DNA from: Octopus sinensis | Lineage: Eukaryota | Assembly: GCF_006345805.1 (NCBI RefSeq) | Contig: NC_043001.1 | Location: forward strand, 24,986,001-25,050,000 | Direction: 5' to 3' | Length of the DNA: 64,000 bases | In this document: positions 11,396 to 25,499 of the stretch, piece after piece | Layout of the letters: every line of letters begins with the position of its first letter | How positions within the stretch are numbered: position 1 is the stretch's first letter | Made by a program: the position numbers and the translations under genes | The notes under the pieces: generated by a model | The model's input: only the letters and a program-made list of their open reading frames with translations | The model's database searches: none | Told to the model about the DNA's origin: nothing

Positions 11396-13203
11396 GAAAA
11401 GGTTGTATTTGAAAGCCAAAAGATGTTTTTTTTTTAGCTGAAGTGTAATTTTTTTAATTAAAACAAATTCAAATTTTAAATTTCAGAACATAAGACTTAC
11501 CATATTATCTGGTGTATGACCGAATTCAAATGGGTTGAAGACCTAAAACAAATGTGTGTGTGTGTATGGTTGGACCTTTAATGGTCAGGAGTCAATTTCA
11601 GTTCAATCATAGAGAGGAATTCAAAATAATCAGCCACTCCAAAAAGACAGTTTCAAGCTGTCGTCTCTCATTCTCTCTCACTTCCTCTTTCCCTTGCTCA
11701 ACATTTAAGTATCTTAATTTTCTCATTAAGATTGTCGTTGCTTTGGTGGCCCAGTAGGCATGGGTGTTGAGAAGTAGTGATACCACACATAGGTGGTGGT
11801 TTCAGATCCTTTCCAGAAATTACAAGAGATCTAGTTAAAAATTTTTATTTAAGGAACAAAATTTCTTTCAACAATTTCTTTCTCTTCAATGTAACACACG
11901 TGTCAGGTACGTACAAAAATCAAATTGGCATATTAATATTACTGATGTTTTATTCTATGTCATCATCATCATCAAAGCTAAGCAATAGTGGACAAATTAA
12001 TTCTAAGTCAAAAGAGGAGACAAACTAATTCCTTCAAAAGAGGAGAGAAACTAACGAAAAGCGAATCCTTCCTCAAATTTCACCCAAACATTTTAACCAA
12101 AAAAAAAAAGATAAATTGGACAGTGTAACTTTTGATATATAAAAAGACAGGATAGCCATGCAAGAACAACTGTGACATAGGATTATTCTGGGGCTAAACA
12201 ACAACAAGCTGTTAAGCATAGCATATGTAGTAGTAGTAGTAACAGTATGCCAATAACATTACAGCAGCTGAAGCAGGTGGCTTTGTACTCAGAAGCTAAG
12301 TGACAATTTCAACCCTGAAATTGATTGATAAAGCATGTGAACACTTTCAATTTTCCATCAGTTGTCAGTTAGCATGAAACTCGGAGTAGTGATCGAGTGA
12401 AACTGTAGCTTTTAGTAAATAATTTTATTTTTAGACATGAATTGCTTATTCACTTCTGTTTCCAGTTACACATTGTGTGTGTGCACGCACGTGCGTGTGC
12501 ATGTGTGTATGTGTGTCTGTGCCTGTGTGTGTGTGTGAAGAGGAGAGGTAATAGATATCATTTATGTGAAAGAGTATTATCTGTGCCAGTATGCTGGTAA
12601 TGAATGAACGGCCATCAGAGAAGGAATTTCATTGGTGAATAGCTACATGATCTAGATTATATTTCATAGTAGTGGCAGAAGTGATAACTATGTTAAATGG
12701 GTGTTTGAATTTAGAACACTGATTGGATGTGATGTCAGTATGAGAGTATATTTTAGTTGATAGTGACTCAACATCAAAACACATTGGAGCAACTGCTTGT
12801 GATTTGTGATTTCAAATCTTCTACAGGTATTTGGTTTCATTGCAAGATAGGAACTAATATTGCATACCTCACTTCATATATCGCTGGAAATAAGTATCAA
12901 ATCTTCAGAAAATGTTGGCTACATTCCATTTGTATCTATTTATGAGCCCTATTATTCATGTATGCGTGTCAACATGGTCAGAACAATGGCAGTTCAAAAT
13001 CATTTTTACATAAATTCTTTTTTCAGGCTGACATAAATGAAGTACATCTGTAAATTATCCCTGAGGGTTTCAATAAATTTCCAGACACAGCTGTTGTGTG
13101 TATGACTTAGAATATTGGATCTTTAAGCTATGGTTAACAAGGACTTCATATAAGACTGGATATAAAAGAGTACCACCCTTTACACTGAATTACCTAAATG
13201 ATA

Positions 13204-13597
13204 TCTTTATATATAAAAGTCAAGTTGTGTGTCTGTCTCCTACGATTTAGATTCCTAACTACTCCCACATTTTGCAGTGCAGTTTAACTAAAACCGGGTA
13301 TCTTATAGTCGTGATTCATATCGAGCCCTTCTGGGTATTAGCACGCGTCTACGATGAGTCTACGATTTAAAAAAAATTTACCATCATTTTTTTCCATTTT
13401 TAATGCATTTTTGGCATATATAAGGGAAGTAACTCTCTAAAAATTTATTATTAAATCTCAGAACGTAAAAAGCTACAGTAACACCCCCCCTCTTTGTGGT
13501 TAGCCATATTGAGATGGCTATTATACTTTACATCTCTAAAAATGCTTATATAGTTATTTCCCTTACAAACCCGAGCAACGCCGGGCAATACTGCTAG
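13204..13597 (+). mobile_element. Complete non-autonomous Helitron
   Basis: 5' TC after host A, 3' hairpin cccgagcaacgccggg, and CTAG end followed by host T. No TSD. Confidence 0.93.
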
Positions 13598-15053
13598 TTT
13601 TCTTTAAAAATAAAATGCATAGATGACACTATCTGATAAACACATGATAGAAACTCAGCCTTTTAGCATCCACTTTTACCATGCTTGCATAGAAACAGAA
13701 TCTACAGAAGCAGGTTTTCTACTGCCAGGTTCCATTTCCAAGCAAGGTAAATATATGCTCATAGCCAGACGTGTTTTTCATGAAAGACTGGAAACAAACA
13801 ATATCCTTATATGATGGTGTCAATCATTTAAAATTATCACAAAGAATGGACTTCATTCAGTTTCCATCTACTAAGTCCACTCAAGTAAAATGATGTAAAG
13901 TATGCCAGATCTATCAAAGGCTGTAGCAGCCCTGCTTGGAACTCCAGTCTATAAATCACTGTTTTATAAATTCTATAAAAGAATACTTTATACATACTAT
14001 ATCCATATGCCCCAGCATGGCCACAGCTCATGAGCTGGAACTAGATAAAATTTAAAAAATAAAAAATTACTGACTCAATAAATTAAAGTAATGAAAGTGA
14101 AAAATAATTTAGATACTTGTGTAGCATGGTTCATGACTAAAATCTTCTTCAACCATTTCCTTCTTTCGCAATTGCACACTGAGCCATACACAACTGCCAA
14201 ATTCATCACTAATGCTCCAGAACACTACAACAACATCTTAGAATTACTGTCTCTATCTGATCTCAAACATAAGCCAAAAACTCCACATACACACACTAAA
14301 ATAAGTGTATAGAAATTATGCCTGAAAACCTATAGATGCTGTCCCTCCTCCAAACAAAAAAAACATGGTTTCTGTTCCATTGATGTAAATGTTGCACATC
14401 CAATGGATTGTTCTCAAGTCATTTCTTGGCAGCTGCTTCTCTCACAACAAATTATTTGGTTCAGAGGAAAACGTGAATATTGAAAGTGTTCTTTGATTCA
14501 TTCATTCATTCCATCTTTTTTCTTTATTTTTTTTCTTGAGTTAATTTTCATCACATTCACAGAAGATTTCTGTTAGTGAACAATCACTGAAGGAAAATAA
14601 GATTGCTGTCTATCAAATTAAAATTATTTGTATGAATTATTCTGATTCAATAAAATATCTGACTCCTAGGTGAAAATTATGTAATCTAAATTACTGTGAT
14701 GTTGATTCGAACAGCACAACATTTTCTTGCATAAGGATTATTTCACACCTTTCTAATTCTTATTCATTGATTTCTTTAGGTTACTTAAAGAATTTATTCT
14801 AGTCACATCAGATATTTGGTAACACAAAATTTATCCTGGTTAACAATGCAACTCTCAGCATAGGTTAATAGTTTATGTTATAATAAAACAGGCTTAGAAG
14901 TACGACACAAAGGAGAACTAAGATGGATGTAAGTTAAAAGATATTTCTGTTAGGTGAAACTTCCAAACATCACTAGGTGGTGTTTCTTATAATAGGAGAC
15001 AGAAGAAAAAGAACTGTTTTATAGAGGACAGCTGGGTATTTTTAATAAACATA

Positions 15054-16343
15054 GGTGCAGGAGTGGCTGTGTAGTAAGTAGCTTGTTTACCAACCACATG
15101 GCTCCGGGTTCAGTCCCACTGTGTGGCACCTTGGGCAAGTGTCTTCTACTATAGCCTCGGGCCGACCAAAGCCTTGTGAGTGGATTTGGTAGACAGAAAC
15201 TGAAAGAAGCCCGTCATATATATGTATATATGTATATATATATATATATATATATGTATATACCGATGCTGGTGTGTTTATGTCCCCATCACTTAGCGGT
15301 TCGGCAAATAGAATAAGTACTGGGCTTACAATGAATAAGTCCCGGGGTCGAGTTGCTCGATTAAAGGTGGTGCTCCAGCATGGCCACAGTCAAATGACTG
15401 AAACAAGTAAAAGAGTGTATTGCACACTGCTAACAACTATTGTAGATGGAGCAAAAATCCAGCTCGGCAGGATTCTAAGTGCAGGATAGGATTATAGGTG
15501 CAGATGTGGTAAGAATTTTACTCTTTAACCACATGGTTCTGGGTTCAGTCTCACTGTGTGGCACCTTGGACAAGTGTCTTCTACTCACAGCCTTGTGAGT
15601 GGATATGATAGACATGAACTGAAAGCCCATCTTGTGAGTGTGTTTGTGTCTCTGTTTGTTCCCCACCAATGATTGACAACCATTGTTGGTGTGTTTATGT
15701 CCTCACAACTTAGTTGTTCAGCAAAAGAGACTGATAGAATAAGTACCAGACTTTAAAAGAAACAAGTACTGGGGTTGATTCATTCAACTAAAAATTCTTC
15801 AAAGTGATGCCCCAGCATGGCCGTAGTCTATTGACTGGAGCAAATAAGAAAATATATCTGGGAGAAGTGTTAGGAAGGAGCAGCAAGGAATGATATCAAA
15901 AAGCTACTGAGATAGCAAAATATTAGATATATAGGCACAGGTGTGGCTGTGTGGTAAAAAGCTTGCTTCCCCACCACAGGGTTCTGGGTTCAGTCCCACT
16001 ATGTGACACCTTGAGCAAGTGTCTTCTTCTATTAGCCTTGGGCTATCCAAGTGGATTTGGAAACTGGAAGAAGCCTGTCATATATATATATATATGTGTG
16101 TGTGTGTGTATATGTGTGTATGTATGTATTTGTTTGTGCACATCTATGTTTGCTCCCTCCTTACCCCTGCCATCGCTTGGCAACTGATAATGGTGTGTTC
16201 ATGTCACCATAACTTAGTAGTTCAGCAAAAAAGACCAATAGAATAAGTACTAGGCTTACAAAGAATAAGTCCTGGGGTCAATTTCTTCATCTAAGGTGGT
16301 GCTCCAGCATGGCCACAGTCAAATGACTGAAATAAGTAAAAAG
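15054..16343 (+). mobile_element. Three head-to-tail SINE family A copies (15054-15415, 15497-15850, 15934-16343)
   Basis: Each has the tRNA head, the core and the 3' end. They differ in degree of decay. Confidence 0.9.
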
Positions 16344-16851
16344 GAAAAAAAAGGGGAATCTAATGATGAGAAAAACTAAGAGCAGAGGATTTGCTAACAC
16401 TCTGCAGCATGAGGATGAATGTCATTAAGTATTCTTGGAACAGAAGAATATTTACCAAAACAAGCGTTCTTCTTTTCAGTGGTAGTGAAAAGAAAGAGGT
16501 ATGGAAAGGTTACTATGAGTTGTATGAATAAGATTGTGAAAAACTACTCCAAGAGGTTTCGTTTTTGTAATTGGTTTGCAAGATCCTTGATGTGATCTCA
16601 TGTGTTGAAACATATTTTCTTCTATCTTGTGTGTTTGTTTCTGGTATAATGACCCTCCTGAGATACAACAAAATACTCCAAGTGGAATTGACCAAATATT
16701 ACTAGTTCGTTGGGATAAAAACAAGATATACAACAATGAATGCATCAGGGTTAGTTGCTAAGATGTTGAAGGGGTCAGGCTGCATACATCATATGCTATT
16801 AACTCAAATAATTGAGTAATGCAGGAAGATATTATTCCCAATAACAATATA

Positions 16852-17253
16852 GGTGTGGGAGTGGCTGTGTGGTAAGTAGCTTGCTTACCAACCACATGGT
16901 TCCAGGTTCAGTCCCACTGCATGGCACATAGGGCAAGTGTCTTCTACTATAGCCTCGGGCCGACCAAAGCCTTGTGAGTGGATTTGGTAGACAAAAACTG
17001 TAAGAAGCCCATTGTGTATATATGTATATGTGTGTGTGTGTGTGAATGTATATGTTTCTGTGTCTGTGTTTGTCCCCCCAACATTGCTTGGCAATTGATG
17101 CTGGTGTGTTTATGTCCCCATCACTTAGTGGTTCAGCAAGAGAGACTAATAGAATAAGTACTAGGTTTACAAAGAATAAGTCTTGGGGGTTGATGTGCTC
17201 GACTAAAGGCGGTGCTCCAGCATGGCCACAGTCAAATGACTGAAACAAATAAA
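16852..17253 (+). mobile_element. SINE family A, full length
   Basis: Complete head, microsatellite and tail. Confidence 0.92.
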
Positions 17254-17439
17254 AAAGAAAAGAAAAGAAAAAAGTACATCATCATTAACCCTTTTAAGGT
17301 CAGGTGTGGCTTATTGACACACTGCTAAATTCTGAAGAAGACAGATATGGTATATAAGCCAAGTTTGCATTATAAGCTATTTGAATTATTATCATCTTGT
17401 GGGGTTTTCTTTTTCCTTTTTTTTTTTGGCATCCTACAT

Positions 17440-18030
17440 GAAAAGACTTTCTATTTATACCTGCCCTTAAAAGATTAATTGCTTCAGAGCAAAGGTAGCA
17501 TACTGGAAAGGAACAATTAAAGAACCCTCAAACTGATGCACTAAGTCTTGAAAATAGCTGAAAGACTTTTAAACAAAGTTAATCCAGTTTAGCTTTGATA
17601 AGATGCAATTTTGGTGTGTACAAGATCGCAGAATCTCAGATGCTATATCTCTAATGACAGAAAAACGACTGTTTACATTTAGTGTTCAGGAAATATGCTG
17701 TAGTCTGGTTTGTGAAGGAAACCATGTATGAAATTTTGTGTATTCACAGGTATTCAACAAGGCTGTTGATGAACTTGTTCTCATAGCAGAATCTGTCAAA
17801 GAATTTACTAACAAAGTTCCAAGCCTGTTTTACAGTCCAATAATCTGAAGGTAAAGAGAGCAAAAGACAAATTGATGAGTTTATAAAAGGTAAAATGGTA
17901 TCTCTGGTACCCTAACTGAGAAGGAAAACTTCAAATGTACCAGCTTTACAGGAATAATTATTGCTATGGATTCTCATAAATCAAAATTCCTAGATTGTTC
18001 AGATAACTCTCTAGAAAGAGTAAATAGTTT
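17440..18030 (+). mobile_element. Highly decayed RTE-like reverse transcriptase remnant
   Basis: Traces such as AVDELVLIAESVKEF (compare YADDLVLIAES). Confidence 0.45.
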
Positions 18031-18171
18031 TGACTTTAGCCTTAAAGTCAAAAACCTGATAAAACAACAGGCTTCTTTTCTTTTTGTCTTTCTTTTTTGT
18101 TCACTCTAAAATCCAAATACACAATAAAAGGCATGACATTATCTAAATGATTTTTAATAAGAAAAAACATA

Positions 18172-18342
18172 GGCGTAGGAGTGGCTGTGTGGTAAGTAGC
18201 TTGCTTACGAACCACATGGTTCTAGTTTCATTCCCACTGCATGGCACCTTGGGCAAGTGTCTTCTACTATAGCCTTGGGCCGACCAAAGCCTTGTGAGTG
18301 AATTTGGTAGACGGAAACTGAAAGAAGCCTGTTGTATATATA

Positions 18343-18403
<61 letters not shown>

Positions 18404-18610
18404 ATACGTTTGTGTGTCTGTGTTTGCCCCCCAACATTGCTTGACAACAGATGCTGGTGTGTTTACATCCCCGTAACATAGTGGTTCGGCAAAAGAGACC
18501 AATAGAATGAGTACTAGGCTTACAAAGAATAAGTCCTGGGGTTGATTTGCTCGACTAAAGGTGGTGCTCCAGCGTGGCCACAGTCAAATGACTGAAACAA
18601 GTAAAAGAGT
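18172..18610 (+). mobile_element. SINE family A, full length
   Basis: Complete structure. Confidence 0.92.
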
Positions 18611-18875
18611 AAAGAATATAAAAGAAACGACTGAGTTTAATGCATAAATTTGAAATATTGGTTGTCAGATTGTCAACTGAATAATATTATCCTCAAAATT
18701 TAACATCTGTTTTTCATGCTGGCATGGGTTGCATGGTTTGATAGGACCCATCATGTTCCATTTGAATAAAGTATCAAACAAGAGTGAGAGACTCGGAATA
18801 AAATAGTTATATTATTAATTGCATGACCATGAGAGCTTTGTTGCATTATGACTATCAAATACGTCATACTTATCT

Positions 18876-19075
18876 TTTATCTTATACTTGTTTCAGTCAT
18901 TATATTGCAGCCATGCTGGGGCACCACCTTGAAAGTTTTTATTCAAATGAATCAACCCCAGCATGTATTTATTTTTTAAGCTTAGTACTTATTCTATCAG
19001 TCTCTTTTGCCAAACCACTAAGTCACAGCAATATAAGCACACCAACACCAGTTGTCAAGTAGTGGTGGAGAACAA

Positions 19076-19123
<48 letters not shown>

Positions 19124-19275
19124 GGTTTCTTTCAGTTTCCATCAACTAAATTCACTCACAAAGCTTTGGTCAACCTGTGGATATAGTAGAAGACACTTGC
19201 CAAAGGTGCCACACAGTGGGACTGAACCTAGAACCATGTGGTTCGGAAGGAAGCATTTCACCACACAGCTTCACC
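18876..19275 (-). mobile_element. SINE family A, inverted relative to 18172-18610
   Basis: Reverse complement of the family A sequence. Confidence 0.88.
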
Positions 19276-20327
19276 TTACACATTTTCCGTAAATAATTTA
19301 TGGTGTTATTTTGTCAAAAGAGAATTTGAAAGCCTAAAATTTACACTCACGAAACAGGTTAGCAAAGAAAATGCCAATTATCAGGGATTTTTTTTCTTTT
19401 TAGTAGGTTTTAGAAATGAAAATAGAATTAGTGTTGTAGTTTTCATTCAGTGAGTTTGAAGGAAAGAAGAGAAAACAATAAAGTTGGATTACCTGCCTCA
19501 CTGACTTCTAAATATAATTACTATAGTCAATAATAATAATAGTTTGCATCAGCAAATATAGAAGTGGACTTTTTCAGTAAAAGTTATTATCTAAAATGTT
19601 TCTCCTCCAACAAGGTTTTTGTATTTTGTACAATTGGAAAATAAGAATTTGCTGCTGAAAGAACATCTTTCATTGACTGCTTAAGCTACTTACACAAAAA
19701 CATGCCTTGATTTTGTTCTTTTAAACTATAATTATATTTATAATGAATTAGTGATCTGGAAGATTATTCAAATATTTTTTACTTGATTATTTTGTATTAC
19801 TCTGAAAATACACAACAAATACTGTTTTAAATAAAACAAAAAACATTATCCTTTTTTTGTTTTGCATTTCTATTAAGCAGATTATTCAACTATATATGTA
19901 TGTATATATATATATGTAATAAAAATCAATCACATTTTCTTTATTGTATCCAGATTGTTTTGGGAAAACTACATCTAAAAATGTAAATTATGGAAGTAAT
20001 AATTTTTTCACAAATCACAAAACATTTATTTGCTTTTTGGAAGGGAAGACATGGCACTTATTTGCTGAAATATATAATTTATTATCAACATCAATACTGG
20101 AAATCCTGTTACTTGAAATGTGGGACATTTAAAATCTACTGAAAATATATTTCTGTATAAATTGACATTCTAAAAACGTTTTACTGTTTGTTGTCATGTA
20201 TTACTTTTGAACATGTATTATGATTTTTTTTTTTATCTAATTATTTCCATTAATTTCCTTTCTTTTATGCATGTCCTTCAATCATCACTAATATATTCAG
20301 TCTTCTTCCATCTAGATTTTATTTAAA

Positions 20328-20700
20328 TAATAATAATAATAATGAAATTATTGTATACAGTGCTCCGGTGCACCACAACTTGTCAAAAGTGCGTATAAAG
20401 CATATGCAGTAATGTACAAATGTCTGGAAAGCAAACAATGTGTGAGTCAGATACATGCTTGCGTGTGTATGGAGGGGAGAAAATCAGGTGTAGTGTTGGC
20501 GAATCTCAGGAAGCATGGAAGTTTTGAAGGATGCAGTGCTCTGACAACTAACAACTGATGCCGGCAGTTTGTTCCATGCTTCAGCAACTCTCAGTGTGAA
20601 AAAAATGTTTCCTAAAGCCATGGGAGCTGTGCTGTTTTCTGACTTTGTAAATATGTCCACGGGTGTTAGACGGGTGAAGTTTGAAAAGGTGCTCAGAGTT
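20328..20700 (-). mobile_element. CR1/L2-group LINE 3' end with (ATT)n tail
   Basis: FFTLRVAEAWNKLPASVV...SFK is the typical ORF2 C-terminus. The 3'UTR is shared with the short fragment at 27500-27562. Confidence 0.88.
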
Positions 20701-20768
20701 ATTGTTTGTAAGTTATTCATTGTATATTTTCTCAACTTAAATATCTCTGTATGCCATGCACATTTCAG

Positions 20769-20918
20769 TTGTTCATAGCCCAAAGAGCCGAAGAAAGAAG
20801 TTGAACTCCCGGATGAAAAGCTTTTCATTGGATACACCAGACCCACCTAAGCAACTTCTAGCTATTGATGAAACCACCAAGAAGAAAAGTAGTTCATTTT
20901 CAAACACTTATCTTGGAG
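20769..20918 (+). CDS. STAC: STAC-like adaptor, internal exon (VVHSPKSRRKKLNSRMKSFSLDTPDPP...TYLG), phase 1-1
   Basis: Acceptor tttcag (20763-20768) and donor GAG|gtagta. The frame is open, and the HSP..RxKLNxRMKSxSLDxP motif resembles the invertebrate Stac-like linker. The phase joins the 37604 exon. Confidence 0.8.
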
Positions 20919-21804
20919 GTAGTAATTCATTATTTTCATCCATAAAATGTTGTCTGTTTATGTTCCTCGCCTATTCACTCGATTGCACACTGTTTCTCTC
21001 ATGCTCACACAGTCTGTATGAGTATGCATTAATGTACAGGTCTTATTGCAGATAATTTCAGCAATTCATATTATTGTAGTATTAGTAGTATTGGTGGGAA
21101 GTCATTATTTCAACAGCTGTACCACATAAAAGGGGATAACCAATAACAAATTAACATATTTCTTCAGTGAGATAATTTACAAATTCATTTCACATGAAAC
21201 CAGTTTTACATATATATTTATCAGTAAATTAACATTTATGATATATACCTAAGTATTTCAGCATGCTATGGAGTAGGCAGTAAATATTAATAACATGAAT
21301 TATCAACAAAAGGCCTTATCATTATGAGACAATGTATAAAAATATTTTCACAGCAAAAACTATTTACTTACACATATATTTTTTTTGTAATTACTACTAT
21401 TTTATACACCTACATGAACAAAACATGCATCTAAAAATTATTTCAATCATTTGAGACAATGTAACACTCTATAATAGCACTGAACAAAAATGGCAAATCT
21501 TCCTTTTGTTTTGATCCTATATTTAATGAATTCTGGAACTTTACTTAAAACCTTAAAGCTTTTCATAGTTTAATATTGTCGTTAGTTGGAAGGTATGGAG
21601 GAAATCTATCTGTCTAGCAACAAAATATTAACCATTCTATATAGTGGAATCCATACATCAAATTAAATTTTGACAATGGACTGAAAATCATTTATTTTTG
21701 TATCTGATCATTAATATTCTAGTTTTAGTCCAAAGTAGGCACCACCTTCCTTGCTGAGATGGGAAGCATGTTATACATATCTTTATACATGTATGGTTAT
21801 ACAT

Positions 21805-22500
21805 CATCATCATCATCATCGTTTAGCGTCCGCTTTCCATGCTAGCATGGGTTGGACGGTTCAACTGGGGTTTGGGAAGCCAGAAGGCTGCACCAGGCCC
21901 AGTCTGATTTGGCAATGTTTCTACGGCTGGATGCCCTTCTTAACGCCAACCACTCCAAGAGTGTAGTGGGTGCTTTTTATGTGCCAGACGAGGCTGGCAA
22001 ACGGCCACGATCAGATGGTGCTTTTTACGTGCCACCAGCACAGAGGCCAGGTAAGGCTGGCAACGACCATGATCGGATGGTGCTATTTACGTGCCACCGG
22101 CACAGAGGCCAGTTGGGGCGGCGCTGGCACCGGCCACGTTCAGATGGTTCTCTTACATGCCACCGGCACTGGTATCACAGCTACAATTTCCATTGATGTT
22201 AATCGATTTTGATTTTCATTTGCCTCAACAGGTCTTCACAAGTAGAGTTTTGTGTCCCAAGAAGGAAAGGTATGCATAAGTGGACTGGCCACATCCCAGG
22301 TAGAGGCCACGGGTTATGGTCTCACTTGTCCTGCCGGGTCTTCTCACAGCATACTTCCAAAGGTCTCAGTCTCTAGTCATTTCCTCGGTGAGACCTAAAG
22401 TTCGAAGGTCGTGCTTCACCACCTCGTCCCAGGTTTTCCTGGGTCTACCTCTTCCACAGGTTCCCTCAACCACTAGGGTGTGGCACTTTTTCACACAACT
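21805..22500 (-). mobile_element. 5'-truncated RTE-clade LINE: ORF C-terminus, 3'UTR with about 50-bp tandem repeats, (GAT)n tail
   Basis: The reverse strand reads VEGTCGRGRPRKTWDEVVKHDLRTLGL. Approximate 16-bp TSD atgtatgKttatRcat at 21789-21804 and 22501-22516. Confidence 0.9.
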
Positions 22501-23249
22501 ATGTATGTTTATGCATACACTGATTAGGAAATTATTTTTCTACATACAAGCAATTGTGAATTTGTGTAAAAATCTAACTTGCAGAAGATTGGTGTGTATC
22601 CTTACCTTTCCTTGGCATTTTATTAAACCTACTATATCTTCTATGTTCTATTGAGATAGATAACATCACACATATAAATTTACAATACTGTGACATATTA
22701 ATACTGACATTCCAACTGCTTGAGAGAGAAAATGCAACTGAATTCATTCTTTGTTATACAGCGGCAATATATTTTATGATAGCCCAAACTCTACTAAACT
22801 ATAGTAACTCCTGCAATACTTGTAACTAGCACACTTCTTTACAAATTTTCTCAAAATCTATACTGTTATCTTTATATAATCATCATTTAGATAGCTGGAA
22901 CTCTCGAGGAAATATAAATTTGATAAACAGTTATTTTTATTATAATGCAGCATTTCCATTATTTCTTGATCTTTCCTAATAAAACATTACAAGCTTTTTA
23001 TGAGAAGTAGTTCTAGGTTCAGATAATCAAAACTATTATTCAAAATAGAAACAAAAATAGTTTACCCAACATAAAAGCTAACAAGGATAAAATAAATGTA
23101 TTATATCATTATATAATTATTCAAAACTTGACATTGAAAACTTTCTAAGATAACTCGAAGAATAGGGTTGATGTCAAAGTGACTTGTTACTAAAGGAGAG
23201 ATTTATTATTATCAATTATTGATTGAATTATTGATTATTATCAATTATT

Positions 23250-23350
23250 GATCGAAAACCTACCCCACTTTTTTTTCTCCCCAAAAAGAAAAGCTCTAAT
23301 TTGTAATTTGTCCTGTTTGAGTTCAGCCCTGTGTGGCTAATAAAGAAACA
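23250..23350 (+). mobile_element. Short retroposon 3' end with a 14-bp TSD
   Basis: TSD tattatcaattatt at 23236-23249 and 23351-23364. The tail resembles 6530-6583. Confidence 0.65.
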
Positions 23351-24313
23351 TATTATCAATTATTATCATTGTTTTCAAGTTTAACTGAGATTATAAGGTT
23401 ACAATCATGTATTTTAAATCCATGAGTGAAATCTGAAGCCTAATAACCATCAAAACTGGAATCAGAAATTTTCACTTCTGACTCTAGATTGATGATTACC
23501 TTAAAATTTAAATTTTGTTTTCTTTCTGCCTTATTATTCTACAATTTGTATTGCTCCAAGCAAAACCTGCCAAAACAGACAAATGCCTTCAGCACTGTAT
23601 TGCTTTTCAAAAAGCCACAACTTTACTCAATACATAAAAAAAAGCAGTAGAAATGTCATGGTACAGCAACTTTATCACCAATTAATTATTATTTATCTAA
23701 TCTATAGGAAACCTTCACAATTAGAATTAAGCAGTAATATTTTTATCAACCCCCTCTACTTTTTCCAAACCTCACATTTTTTGAGAGACTTCATAAGAAC
23801 AATGCAAAATTCCTTTTGCGAATAAGTGTTCTTTTGAGAGTTTAAACCAGCACCTTACCTTCTGACTTCAAGTCCAGCCAAGGTCAATTTTACCTTTAAT
23901 TCATTAGGATTGTGGACTGGTAGACGAGTTAGCATCAGCTTTGTGGTATTTGTTCTGGCTTTTTACGTTCCGGGTTCAAATACTGTCATCACCAACATGG
24001 GTAGTTGACTTAATCCTCTGCTATATATACACATTAACCCAGCATTTTTAGGAGCCTTAAGAAGAGTCCACTCTATTGTGAGCATTCAGTCCAGGTTTAA
24101 AATTACAGGATACCATCCCCTCTTTCTCCCACTAGTTTTGAAAGTTTTGGGCATTTCTCTTCATTTAAGGATAACAAAAAAAAAAAAGAAAACTTAATTT
24201 CTGTATTATATGATATTAAAGAATCCTAAAATGTAAAATGTGTCCTCATTTGCACACCAAAGCCACTTAAAATGCTGGTCATGGAAGTGTATAATAATCA
24301 GCTTGTGTAAAGC

Positions 24314-24510
24314 AGCAAGCTGGCAGAAATGTTAGCATACCGGGCAAAATGCTTAGTGGTATTTCATGTCTTTACATTCTGAGTTCAAATTCCATCGAGA
24401 TCGACTTTATCTTTCATCTTTTTGGAGTCGATAAATTAAGTACCAGTTGATCAAATCAACTGGTCCCCTCCCCCAAAATTTCAGGCTTTGTGCCTAGAGT
24501 AGAAAAGAAT
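24314..24510 (+). mobile_element. SINE family B
   Basis: gcaagctggcagaaatgttagc...gtcgataaattaagtaccag. Confidence 0.88.
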
Positions 24511-25499
24511 AAGTATACAGAAGCCTATATTCTACAAACAACATTCATATATTGAACTTAATTTTTGTTAATTTGCACTAATAACAGAGAAAGGATGTAC
24601 AAGTTGCCATTTGTTTTTTCATTCATATAGAAATAATTATTTTATAAAAACTTTATTTGTTTTAATTATTTGTTCTCTTCTTTCAAACACTATTAATATT
24701 AAGAGAACATCTTGAAAATATATCCTAATATAATAATACCATGCCCATCATTAACACAGGGTAATTATGCAATTTAATATAATATACAATAAAAGAAAGC
24801 TGTTGAGAAGACCCCACAATACCTTACTTTTATCAGGTGATATTTGAATCATAATTTCATCCAAAATATTTGAGAAAGTTAATACAAGGTAACAAAATGT
24901 CTTGGCTTGATGCATACTCTTCAGATGGTGTTAGTAATTTTGCTTTTCAACTCATGATTCAGTTTCCATTTCTTTCAATCAAATATGCAAATTTTTATCT
25001 TTACACTAATTCACGCAACCTGCTAATGCTGTCAATCACTTTACACCTTCTTTCCTTTTTAAAACTTCTTATTCAAATCATTTCTTACAGTCATTTCTCT
25101 TTTATCACTAAATGAATCCTAATACATTTGACTCCGGCTATTTTAATATCATTAATACTACTTTTTTATCAATTTGATTTATTTTGTCTATTTCTTTTCT
25201 ATGTCTGTCTGCTTCTTAATCATGTTTATTTTTTTTCTAGCACTGCTTATATCACCAAAGTCCTTAATGTTTGCTTTCTCCTCCACAATGATCTTCACTA
25301 GCAACACTGCTATCACTACCACTAACACTTCCTGCTCTTCAATTTTATTGCTATTATCACCAACAATCTTGCTTCCATTGTGCAATCAAAATGTAATTTA
25401 TTTTCTTATGTTGGTTTATGTTGAACAGTTGAAAGAAATATTCTCAATTCATGATGCAGGAGATATGTTTTTCTTTTTTATTGAAACTAGAACTTACAG

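Noticed and set aside
12757-12826. Plus-strand AG...GT open segment in phase with exon 20769
   Set aside because: The donor (gtattt) is weak and the peptide has no resemblance to STAC sequence.
24800-25400. Hydrophobic ORFs and faint piggyBac-like peptide traces
   Set aside because: The sequence is low-complexity AT-rich DNA and has no diagnostic motif.
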